Source: Candidatus Micrarchaeota archaeon
Lineage (GTDB): Archaea > Micrarchaeota > Micrarchaeia > Anstonellales > Bilamarchaeaceae
NCBI GenBank assembly: GCA_038046805.1
Contig: JBBSVO010000006.1
Location: 1 to 42,980 of the forward strand
Reading direction: 5' to 3'
Length of the DNA: 42,980 bases
The position numbers were made by a program, and so were the translations under genes. This document shows positions 35,523 to 42,980 of this stretch, piece after piece. Within the stretch, counting starts at the first letter, position 1; each line of letters starts with the position of its first letter. Below the pieces are notes generated by a model. That model was not told where the DNA came from. It made no database searches and saw only the letters and a list, made by a program, of their open reading frames with translations.

Positions 35523-36105
35523 AGTTTTCCCTCATATAATTATAGGCGTATTCGTATAACTCATTTTTCCCGGCATTCTCCATCGTTTCGTTCAATGGCT
35601 CAACCTTCAAATTATCCTTTATCTTCCACGCCACTCTTCGCACAGGGATTAATACCACAAACTCGCCAATTGTCGTGCCTTCTTTTTCATATACCTGTAT
35701 TTCCTGCGCTGCAAAAAATCCTTTCCAGTATCTAATATCCTTTTCCAATACCTTCACAAAATACGGGGAACGCTTTATATCCCGCTGGACATAAGAATAG
35801 TCGCTCCACACTTCTATCGCGGATAAACCAGTAAAACAATAGTCTCTTCCCGCAGTTTTCATTATCTCCGGAACCCTGAAATCCAATAAATGGGAGAATA
35901 TCTCATTTGGCTTGTTGCACACATACGCATTTCGGCTTTTCTTCTTTATCCAGCCAGAACTTAATAATATGGAAAAAATCTTTTTTTTCATTGGTTGGGA
36001 AACTACCCAATCCAATTCTGACTGCTTGAACTGTCTTATAGTGCCGAAGCGGGTGTAGAACAATGCGTATGCCCTTAAACAATATTGTGGTATATCTCTA
36101 TACAT
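35500..36105 (-). CDS. wHTH antitoxin/regulator, AbiEi-like
   Basis: N-terminal wHTH (LLSSGWIKKKSRNAY), YCFTGLSA; overlaps the nucleotidyltransferase start. Confidence 0.65.
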   Translation of the reverse strand: MYRDIPQYCLRAYALFYTRFGTIRQFKQSELDWVVSQPMKKKIFSILLSSGWIKKKSRNAYVCNKPNEIFSHLLDFRVPEIMKTAGRDYCFTGLSAIEVWSDYSYVQRDIKRSPYFVKVLEKDIRYWKGFFAAQEIQVYEKEGTTIGEFVVLIPVRRVAWKIKDNLKVEPLNETMENAGKNELYEYAYNYMRENYGQNATA

Positions 36106-36125
36106 AGTTACCTATTAGGTAACTA
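36105..36125. promoter_or_regulatory. Perfect 21-bp palindromic operator at the antitoxin start
   Basis: TAGTTACCTA-T-TAGGTAACTA, between the ATG (36105) and the TTTTAAAAA box. Confidence 0.75.
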
Positions 36126-36150
36126 ACATTTTAAAAATGTTTGGGAAAGC

Positions 36151-36164
36151 ATGACATTTGTCAT
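36151..36164. promoter_or_regulatory. Palindromic site upstream of the Cys-rich gene
   Basis: ATGACA-TT-TGTCAT just upstream of a TATA-like ATTATATT. Confidence 0.45.
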
Positions 36165-36200
36165 CTAATCATTATATTTGCAAGGTAACGCGTTATTACC

Positions 36201-37820
36201 ATGGAATCCACAGGAACCTATTCCGAACTCAACAACCAATGGAAAAGCACCTGCCGACTTTTGTTAGGCACGGACGTCGGAGAGCTTGCTGACTACAAGG
36301 ATTGGCTGATGGAGCTGAACAACCCGCGTTTCGTGCGGAAATCATCTGTTTCCGAAAATGAAGTCGCATTCGCGAGCAGTGAGTTCTGCGATTCTGCGAA
36401 ATTTATTGGAATGGGCGAGATTGACTTTAATAAAAAATTTGAGACGCTGACCATTAATGAGATAAAAGACATCGACTCTTTGCTTGGGTCGCTAAGTGAG
36501 CGGTTCTCCTACTGCGGAAATATCATTCTTGGAAACTCGAAATTCGTTGAAAAAAGCTCGAATGTCTCGAATAGTTTTTTCGTTTTGGATTCAGTGAAGA
36601 TTGACAGCTGCAAGAACATCGCATATTCTCAGTATCTTCGCCTGTGTGAAAACGTATTCGGAACCAACGAAGGCGGGGAAGGCAGGTTCTGCATTCGATG
36701 CAGTATCCTTTTCAAAAACACCCGTTGCTTTGAGCTGTGGAACAGCCCAGTTTGCTCGGATTCTTATTATTCTTATGGATTGGAAAACTGTCGCGAGGCA
36801 TTCTTTTCATTTAATGCTGTCGGAAAAAGCCACCTAATCGGGAATCTTACGCTTCCAAAGGATAAATATCTTGCAATAAAGCAGAAGTTACTGTTTGAAA
36901 TTTCGGAACGGCTCATTCGTGACAAGAGGCTTCCGTCGCTTATGGGCTTAATCACAGGAGCCGAACCGAATTATAAAGAAGCTACTGCGGCGTTGGGCGG
37001 AACTACAAATACGGAAATTCCGAAGGATAAGAAAATCATCAGCGATTCATTCTCAAAAACATCCGCGCTTATTTTCGGAAAGCCGCTTTCCGGAGATATT
37101 GATGATTACGCAGAATGGCTCAGTGCGCATGTTGTTGTGCCGCATACGATTCCATCTGTCTTAAGCGGCAAGCCGGTTCCAATGTCAAAATGGCCTGGCC
37201 TTTCGCAGATTCCCCCAAATCGTGTTGTCACTTACTCGGAAGCGTTAGAGCTTGCGGAAAAATTACAGATGTCCGAACAGGATGCAGAACAAATTTCACT
37301 CAATTCCGCTCCGCACACGCTCGGAAGAATCGCATACTTCACCCCAGAGCACATGGTCGGTACAAATGATAATCTTATAGAGTGCCAATGGGGCAGTACA
37401 GCTGCAAACTGTTATCGCTCGGTCATCTGCGTTTATAGCAAAAATTGTGCCTATTCTTCATGGCCAAGAAGCTCAGAGTACCTGTTCGGATGCGGAATAG
37501 TTTTTGAATCCGGATTTTCAATGAAATGTTATGATTCGGTCAAACTCACAAGATGTCTTGAGGTTGATGGAGGAAGAGATTGTGCGGATACGTACTTCTC
37601 ACACAACGTCGAAGGTCTGTCTCAGTGCGCATTCTGTTTCAATACAAAAAGCAAGCGTTACGCAGTAGGAAATGCAGAAATCGGGCAGGATAAATTCGCG
37701 GGGTTCAAAAAGATGATTCAGGAATGGGCAATAGACGAACTGGAAAGGAAGAAAAAGGTTGGATTAAGCATATATGATATTGGGTGCATGGTAAACCAAT
37801 TCCAAAACCCAAGACACTAG
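36201..37820 (+). CDS. Cys/Ser-rich repeat (beta-solenoid-like) protein with internal duplication
   Basis: Halves align: STCRLLLGTDVGELADYKDWL vs KTSALIFGKPLSGDIDDYAEWL; FFSFNAVGKSHLIGN vs AFCFNTKSKRYAVGN; periodic Cys. Confidence 0.75.
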   Translation: MESTGTYSELNNQWKSTCRLLLGTDVGELADYKDWLMELNNPRFVRKSSVSENEVAFASSEFCDSAKFIGMGEIDFNKKFETLTINEIKDIDSLLGSLSERFSYCGNIILGNSKFVEKSSNVSNSFFVLDSVKIDSCKNIAYSQYLRLCENVFGTNEGGEGRFCIRCSILFKNTRCFELWNSPVCSDSYYSYGLENCREAFFSFNAVGKSHLIGNLTLPKDKYLAIKQKLLFEISERLIRDKRLPSLMGLITGAEPNYKEATAALGGTTNTEIPKDKKIISDSFSKTSALIFGKPLSGDIDDYAEWLSAHVVVPHTIPSVLSGKPVPMSKWPGLSQIPPNRVVTYSEALELAEKLQMSEQDAEQISLNSAPHTLGRIAYFTPEHMVGTNDNLIECQWGSTAANCYRSVICVYSKNCAYSSWPRSSEYLFGCGIVFESGFSMKCYDSVKLTRCLEVDGGRDCADTYFSHNVEGLSQCAFCFNTKSKRYAVGNAEIGQDKFAGFKKMIQEWAIDELERKKKVGLSIYDIGCMVNQFQNPRH

Positions 37821-37829
37821 ACACAAAAC
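37802..37829 (-). repeat. Heptamer array just 3' of tRNA-Phe
   Basis: Minus strand GTTTTGT GTCTAGT GTCTTGG GTTTTGG. Confidence 0.65.
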
Positions 37830-37835
37830 AATAAT

Positions 37836-38085
37836 TGCCACGTGCCTGATTTGAACAAGCGACCCCACCGTATCAGCGTTTCGAGTTTTCAGTTCCGGGT
37901 CTTGGTGGTTAAAAAACAAGACCAATTGAAATTCGAGTGAATTTCAATGGTCCATTGAACGGTGTAGTTCAATTGGACACTAGACTTATGACTCGATACT
38001 CTTCAGCGGTGTGCTCTCCCAGTTGCTGCGCCATGCGCGGCAAATCATGAACGATTTGTCGTTCATAGCTCTGAGCTAACGTGGC
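37836..38085 (-). tRNA. tRNA-Phe(GAA) with two introns: D-loop about 38023-38070 (48 nt) and 37/38 37872-38000 (129 nt)
   Basis: GCCACGT/ACGTGGC acceptor, A73, CACCG/CGGTG stem, loop CT-GAA-G, T-arm GCTTG-TTCAAAT-CAGGC; both BHB motifs relaxed; TATA box about 30 nt upstream. Confidence 0.82.
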
Positions 38086-38134
38086 TTAGTAAGTTTATTT
38101 CATTGTGGAAAGATTATAAAAACCATTACTCCCC

Positions 38135-39484
38135 TCATTTCGTCAAACCGCCCAGATTCTTTAATCCTTCTATTCCACCGCCCTGCATCATCCTTTCCAT
38201 CTGCTTTCTGAATCCGCGGTTCTTCTTGAACATGTTCATCATTTTGTGCATTTTTTCAAATTGCGACAGGAATTCCCGCACATCCTTAATTTCGCAGCCG
38301 CTCCCGCGAGCTACACGTTCGAGTCGCGTGCGGTTCTTTCTCAACAATCCCGCATCTTTCTTCTCTGCTTTTGTCATTGAATTTATCATTGCCTCGTATT
38401 TCTTTAGTTTCCCCTCGCTTTGCTGGACAATCTCCTTCGGAACATCCGCGGCTCCAAGCATTGAAAATACTCCGGAAAGTGGTCCCAATTTCTTCGCTGC
38501 CTTAAGCTGCTCATAAAATGTTTCAATAGTGAGTTCGTCCATTTCGGTTCCAGTACCGAGCTTCTTCATGTCATGTTCTTCTGAAATTTTCTTTACTTTT
38601 TCCATTAATCCCGCGATATCTGGAACTCCGAGCAGTCTTCCAACGAATTTGTTTGAATCATAAATTTCAAAGTCATCCATCTTTTCTCCTGTTCCGATAA
38701 ATGCAATGTTTGTTCCGCTTGCTGCAACTGCTGAAAGCGCACCACCGCCCTTTCCGCTTCCATCCATTTTAGTTGCAATTACCCCGCTTAATTTCACTGC
38801 ACGATTAAATTCTTCAGCTTGTTTTCCTGCGACCTGGCCAACATCCCCGCTGATAACAAGGTAAGTTTCATCCGGATTTAACGCGTTATTCATTCCCTGC
38901 AATTCCTCTGTCAATTTTTCATCAAACGCGCTTCTTCCGGCAGAATCAACAATCAGGATATCTTCTTTGCTCTTAGTCAGTGCATCCTCAACAATTCTTC
39001 GCGCACTGTGTTCTCCCTCTATAGTATAATATCTGACATTGATCTGCTTTGCAATCTGCTCAAGCTGTTCCTGCGCAGCAGGTCTGTCTACATCTGCTCC
39101 AACAAGCCCGACACTCATCCCACGTGATTTGTAAAAATATGCGATCTTTCCTGCCGATGTCGTTTTTCCGCTTCCAAAAAGTCCGCAAAGAAGAATCTGG
39201 TGTTTGTCCAGTTTTGGAGAATAACTTTTCCCCATCAGCGCAACCAGCTCGTCAAAAACTATCTTCATCACGTGTTCCTTCAGGCTAAGCGCAGAAATTT
39301 TCTCAGTCTTAAGAGTTTTTTCCTCGATCCTTTTTGAAAGTTCGAAAACCAGTTTCACATTAACATCCGAAGAAATCAGAACGCGTTGCAAATCCTTTAT
39401 CATGGCTCGCACTGCATCTTCATCAACATAAGGCCTGTTGGTAAGCTTGGCAAGCGTTTCACGAAGTCCTTTTCCAAGATCCAT
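38135..39484 (-). CDS. ffh: Signal recognition particle protein SRP54
   Basis: SSDVN, GLFGSGKTT, DVDRPAA, DSAGR, TKMDGSGKGG, Met-rich M domain with RVARGSG. Confidence 0.96.
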   Translation of the reverse strand: MDLGKGLRETLAKLTNRPYVDEDAVRAMIKDLQRVLISSDVNVKLVFELSKRIEEKTLKTEKISALSLKEHVMKIVFDELVALMGKSYSPKLDKHQILLCGLFGSGKTTSAGKIAYFYKSRGMSVGLVGADVDRPAAQEQLEQIAKQINVRYYTIEGEHSARRIVEDALTKSKEDILIVDSAGRSAFDEKLTEELQGMNNALNPDETYLVISGDVGQVAGKQAEEFNRAVKLSGVIATKMDGSGKGGGALSAVAASGTNIAFIGTGEKMDDFEIYDSNKFVGRLLGVPDIAGLMEKVKKISEEHDMKKLGTGTEMDELTIETFYEQLKAAKKLGPLSGVFSMLGAADVPKEIVQQSEGKLKKYEAMINSMTKAEKKDAGLLRKNRTRLERVARGSGCEIKDVREFLSQFEKMHKMMNMFKKNRGFRKQMERMMQGGGIEGLKNLGGLTK

Positions 39485-39511
39485 TGATTTCCCATAGTCG
39501 CGTAGTGCGGC

Positions 39512-39539
39512 TCAAAACCAGATACACAAAACGCGGAAC
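39512..39539 (-). repeat. Heptamer array just 3' of tRNA-Arg(TCG)
   Basis: Minus strand GTTCCGC GTTTTGT GTATCTG GTTTTGA. Confidence 0.6.
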
Positions 39540-39552
39540 AATAATAATTAAT

Positions 39553-39650
39553 CGGGCCCGGCAGGATTCGAACCCACAACCGCCTCGTCACTCCTGCAAT
39601 CAGGAGAGTGCATCCGAAGCGAGGCGCGCTATCCGTTGCGCTACGGGCCC
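39553..39650 (-). tRNA. tRNA-Arg(TCG) with a 25-nt canonical intron (39589-39613)
   Basis: GGGCCCG acceptor, G73, CCTCG/CGAGG stem, loop CT-TCG-G; BHB CTTC/GGAG with GGA and TGA bulges; intron stem TGCA/TGCA. Confidence 0.92.
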
Positions 39651-39693
39651 AATAATAAGATAAAATTAGGTTTCTAAGATAATAAAAAGGTTG

Positions 39694-39742
39694 GTTTCGT
39701 GTTTCGGGTTTTCAGTTCTCAGTCTTGCATTTTCAGTTTTTG
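39694..39742. repeat. Heptamer array next to the tRNA-Arg(TCG) TATA box
   Basis: GTTTCGT GTTTCGG GTTTTCA GTTCTCA GTCTTGC ATTTTCA GTTTTTG. Confidence 0.75.
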
Positions 39743-39805
39743 TTTTTTCCGCATTTTCGCAACCGTCATCCATCTTTATATATTTTATCATATTTAATCG
39801 AATGT

Positions 39806-41086
39806 ATGAATATCCGAATCCTGTTTTTTACATCATTAATTCTCACATTGCTGTCTGTTTCATTTGCAGTAGTTGAATGTCCGGTCAGTTTCAATGAAAC
39901 TGAATTCATTCAGGTTCTTGACACAAAAGGAAGAGTAATCGAGGGCGCAGTAGTCCAAATATATTATCAGCGCGATTCCTCATTTAGCTACGGATATGTT
40001 ACAACGCTTCCAAAACTCACAAATTCAAGCGGCATGATAAGAATTCCAATTTCCAATATAGAAACGAACCCTGCAAAACTGGACTGCAAATTCAAGACCA
40101 ATGCCACATACGACGGAAAAACTGTAAAGCGTGAAGACAAGGTTGGTCTTCATCCAAAAATTCTTGACATGGTGCTTAACTTATCCGTTCTCTCGCTAAA
40201 AGTTACAGACCAGGAAGGTCATCCTCTTGATGGAGCCGAATTAATCGTTGATGGAATAGAAAAAACAACAGGGAAAGACGGAAAGACCCAACTCCACATC
40301 GCGCCCGGCCCAGTTTCTGTCTTTGTAAAATACGGGGATGGAAAACTTGAAGAGAACTTTAAAGTAGCTGGTGACACAACAAAAACCATTGCTCTTGATC
40401 TTTATCCGCTTACAATAAATGTCTTTGATGAAAGCGGAAAGCCGCTCGATGCAGAAGTCGTCATCGGTTCAACATCTGTCAAGACAAATTCAAGTGGGGC
40501 CGCGCGGGTTGAAAAACTAGGAACTGCTACTCCCGAAGTAATCGTCAAGTTCAAAAACGTTGAAAAAGAAGTTCTCGTTGATCTTGGTATAAAAACTTTC
40601 TATAATGTTGTTTTTGATACAACTCCTCCAAAAATAAATTCCATCAAACCAATTCAAACAGAGAAGGTTACAAAACTCATCATATCTGCGGAAGATCCAG
40701 GTGATTATCCGAGCGGTATTGATGTTGAAAAAATTTCTGCAAAATACAGCGCAGGAGATGGCGATTGGAAATCAACATCAGTTTATCTAAGCGGAAGTGA
40801 ACAATATGCAACCGAAATTCCAAATCAGCCTTTTAATACAGTTGTGAAATTTTCAATAGAAATCTACGACAAGGATGGGAACTGGGCTTCAAAGGAATAT
40901 CAATTTCTCAGTGCTACAACTCCCGAGATTAATGAAACTATCAACGATTCAACCATGGATTCGCAGCCATCGCCAACACAGTCCAAAAAAGACGAATTTC
41001 CACTCCTCTACGTTGGCGCAGGGCTTTTAATCCTTATGGTTGTTATCTATCTTGTTCGGAGGTTCAAATCAGGTGGTGAGGAATGA
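39806..41086 (+). CDS. Cell-surface protein with repeated beta-sandwich (carboxypeptidase-regulatory/Ig-like) domains and a C-terminal TM anchor
   Basis: Signal peptide MNIRILFF; repeats VLDTKGRVIEGA / VTDQEGHPLDGA / VFDESGKPLDA; DTTPP; EFP + TM + RR. Confidence 0.8.
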   Translation: MNIRILFFTSLILTLLSVSFAVVECPVSFNETEFIQVLDTKGRVIEGAVVQIYYQRDSSFSYGYVTTLPKLTNSSGMIRIPISNIETNPAKLDCKFKTNATYDGKTVKREDKVGLHPKILDMVLNLSVLSLKVTDQEGHPLDGAELIVDGIEKTTGKDGKTQLHIAPGPVSVFVKYGDGKLEENFKVAGDTTKTIALDLYPLTINVFDESGKPLDAEVVIGSTSVKTNSSGAARVEKLGTATPEVIVKFKNVEKEVLVDLGIKTFYNVVFDTTPPKINSIKPIQTEKVTKLIISAEDPGDYPSGIDVEKISAKYSAGDGDWKSTSVYLSGSEQYATEIPNQPFNTVVKFSIEIYDKDGNWASKEYQFLSATTPEINETINDSTMDSQPSPTQSKKDEFPLLYVGAGLLILMVVIYLVRRFKSGGEE

Positions 41087-41174
41087 AGGGGGTTTAAGGT
41101 AGCTTTTTAAAGGTTTTTGATGATAACATATACACACATAAATAATCATAAAATACAAAATTGAAGGTGAAACT

Positions 41175-41906
41175 ATGCCTCGTGGAAAAAGAATTGTGAT
41201 TGAACGGGATTTGAATGATGCGTACATTGAAAAGTACAGGGCCATCGATGTAGATGAGATAAAGAAAGAGCAGACCGCTCATGAGCAGTCTATCTCAAGC
41301 TCTGTTGCGAATGTCTTCAAGGCAGCGCAAGGACTTTACAAGCAGAAAACATCCGAAGATGATCTTGAAAAAAGGGATCTGTTCTCGGTACAGTCTGCAT
41401 ATGAATATCTGAAAGGCAATGGGGTTTACATTTCTTTCCGTGCATTTGGCGGCAGAATCGAACGAGGCACGGTTCCGTTTGTCAAAGTCGGAAGAAAGAG
41501 ATTTATCCCAAAGGCTGTTCTTGATAACGTTGTTGGCATGAAGGAAGACTTTTACTCAGTTCGTGAGGCTTTTAGCGAGTATAAGAAATCCAATCCAGTT
41601 ATCAATTACCGCGCGTTTATCGGAAGGGTTGAAAAAGGTTCGGTTCCTTCTGTGAAACTCGGAACAAAGAGATTGATTCCAAAGGATGCAGTTGAGGCGC
41701 TTACTCACATCAGCGACAATTACTACTCTGTGAGCGAGGCAATCAAGGAGCTCCACAAAAAGGGAATCAAAATCAAGCGAAACGCGTTTGAAAGAAGGCT
41801 TGACAGAGGACGCATTCCGCATGAAAAAGTCGGCGGGAGAAGGTTTATCCCTGACGATGTCCTTGACGAGCTTGTAAGCAAGGAGATTGCTCTGAGAAGC
41901 AAGTAA
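41175..41906 (+). CDS. DNA-binding protein with three tandem excisionase-like (HTH_17) domains
   Basis: Three repeats of S-V..A...R..RG..P..K.G..R.IP; AAGGTGA RBS. Confidence 0.8.
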   Translation: MPRGKRIVIERDLNDAYIEKYRAIDVDEIKKEQTAHEQSISSSVANVFKAAQGLYKQKTSEDDLEKRDLFSVQSAYEYLKGNGVYISFRAFGGRIERGTVPFVKVGRKRFIPKAVLDNVVGMKEDFYSVREAFSEYKKSNPVINYRAFIGRVEKGSVPSVKLGTKRLIPKDAVEALTHISDNYYSVSEAIKELHKKGIKIKRNAFERRLDRGRIPHEKVGGRRFIPDDVLDELVSKEIALRSK

Positions 41907-41960
41907 TCTCTTCTTTTTTCCTTTTATTATTTTTCTTTTTATTTTCCTTTATTCTTCTTT
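41907..41960 (+). terminator. T-rich archaeal terminator tract
   Basis: Long oligo-T/pyrimidine run right after the stop codon. Confidence 0.55.
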
Positions 41961-42226
41961 TCAAGTCATTCAAATGTTTTTTAATTTTTCAGAAAGATGA
42001 TGCGTAAGTAAGTCTGGTAGAAATCCGGATTTTTTGTTTTTTATGTTTTGAGCCGCCCGAAACGCGCGGAACTCCAAATACAATGCTAAACCGGGAACCG
42101 TTAGTTGCCCGTAAATCTGCTCCAGGCTCATTGCTCATTGCCCAAGGCAGTATATCCTTAATTCTCGTCATTGGAAGTTTCATTTCCGCTAGAGTCATTT
42201 ATAAACCTTATTTTCGTATCCTTCTC

Positions 42227-42980
42227 ATGGCATTGCGCCGTTTGTTCATCTTCGTAATCCTAGCTTTGCTTGTTTCTATATCCCATGCCCAGAATGCAGC
42301 TCCGGTTATGTCATCCGCGAATATCTCATCAACACCAGCTGTTGACAACGCCACTGACCAGAATCTCACGATTGCGGTTGCCTCAACAGATGCTGATGGA
42401 GACTCAGTAACATACGCGTATAATTGGTATGTTAACAGAGGCTCAATAAATGTGTTGAACCATCCTTTCATGAATAATTCCTCATCAACCGATGGTCAGA
42501 CAACATATGATATTTCTGGCAATTCCCTGATTGGCCAGCTCGGGAGCTCCACAATCGGTGATAGTGCCGAGCCGACATTTCAGGCAGGCTCAAGCTGTAA
42601 AATAGGTGGATGCTACTTATTCGATGGTTCAAATGATTATATTCAGGTGAATGACAGTTCATTGTTAAATTTCTCTGCAACCCAAAGCTTTGCCGTCTCA
42701 GCCTGGTTCAAGTCAGCCGACGGAGGAAACAATATTCTGTCAAAAGGGTCTGTCAGCTCTTCAAACAAAGGTTACAGAATATTCTTTTCTTCCAATACAC
42801 TCTCATTCGGAACCGATGGCATTAGTGGTATAGGACCTTCCGCCACAATAGCAAACAGTTCATCTGTTCCAATGCTTGACAACAACTGGCATCAGGTAAT
42901 CGGAGTACGGGATGCCACTAGTACAATGATGTTCCTGTATGTTGACGGAGTCTTCAGGGATTCTGTTGCAGATACGGCCA
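42227..42980 (+). CDS. Secreted LamG/concanavalin-like jelly-roll surface protein (partial, runs off the window; not in ORF track)
   Basis: MALRRLFIFVILALLVSISHA signal peptide; TDADGDSVTYAYNW; GGCYLFDGSNDYI, FAVSAWFK, DNNWHQVIGV, LYVDG; TTTATAAA box at 42198. Confidence 0.85.
   Translation, partial: MALRRLFIFVILALLVSISHAQNAAPVMSSANISSTPAVDNATDQNLTIAVASTDADGDSVTYAYNWYVNRGSINVLNHPFMNNSSSTDGQTTYDISGNSLIGQLGSSTIGDSAEPTFQAGSSCKIGGCYLFDGSNDYIQVNDSSLLNFSATQSFAVSAWFKSADGGNNILSKGSVSSSNKGYRIFFSSNTLSFGTDGISGIGPSATIANSSSVPMLDNNWHQVIGVRDATSTMMFLYVDGVFRDSVADTA

Noticed and set aside
32696..38085. Integrated provirus or genomic island bounded by tRNA att sites
   Set aside because: No integrase, no duplicated tRNA 3' end and no viral genes seen
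1..42980. CRISPR array or cas genes
   Set aside because: No 25-40-nt repeats with regular spacers; the heptamer arrays and palindromes do not fit, and no cas genes are present

Overview
Archaeal chromosomal segment. Gene content, TATA-box promoters, Rpo6, SRP54, GGR and BHB-type tRNA introns point to a DPANN archaeon; Micrarchaeota is my inference. Housekeeping genes (ribD, beta-CASP RNase, RsmB/NOP2, rpoK, dcd, NAD kinase, serA-like, glmU-like, glmM, GGR, purD, SRP54) alternate with orphan ORFs. Accessory elements are a VirB4/HerA-ATPase membrane operon (224-4534), a TnpB-only IS200/IS605 element (about 9903-11213) and an AbiE-like toxin-antitoxin pair with a perfect operator. The most unusual signal is non-coding. 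All four tRNA genes (Arg-CCT, Met-CAT, Phe-GAA, Arg-TCG) carry introns, 7 in total. The large introns contain small structured elements that recur elsewhere in the window: (1) a conserved ~70-nt, possibly pseudoknotted element in two different tRNAs at different intron positions; (2) a 22-bp palindrome shared with an intergenic MITE-like cassette; (3) GT-initiated heptamer arrays; (4) tandem-GA hairpins. This suggests tRNA introns act as landing sites for a family of miniature mobile or structured RNA elements. All calls are by eye, with no database searches.
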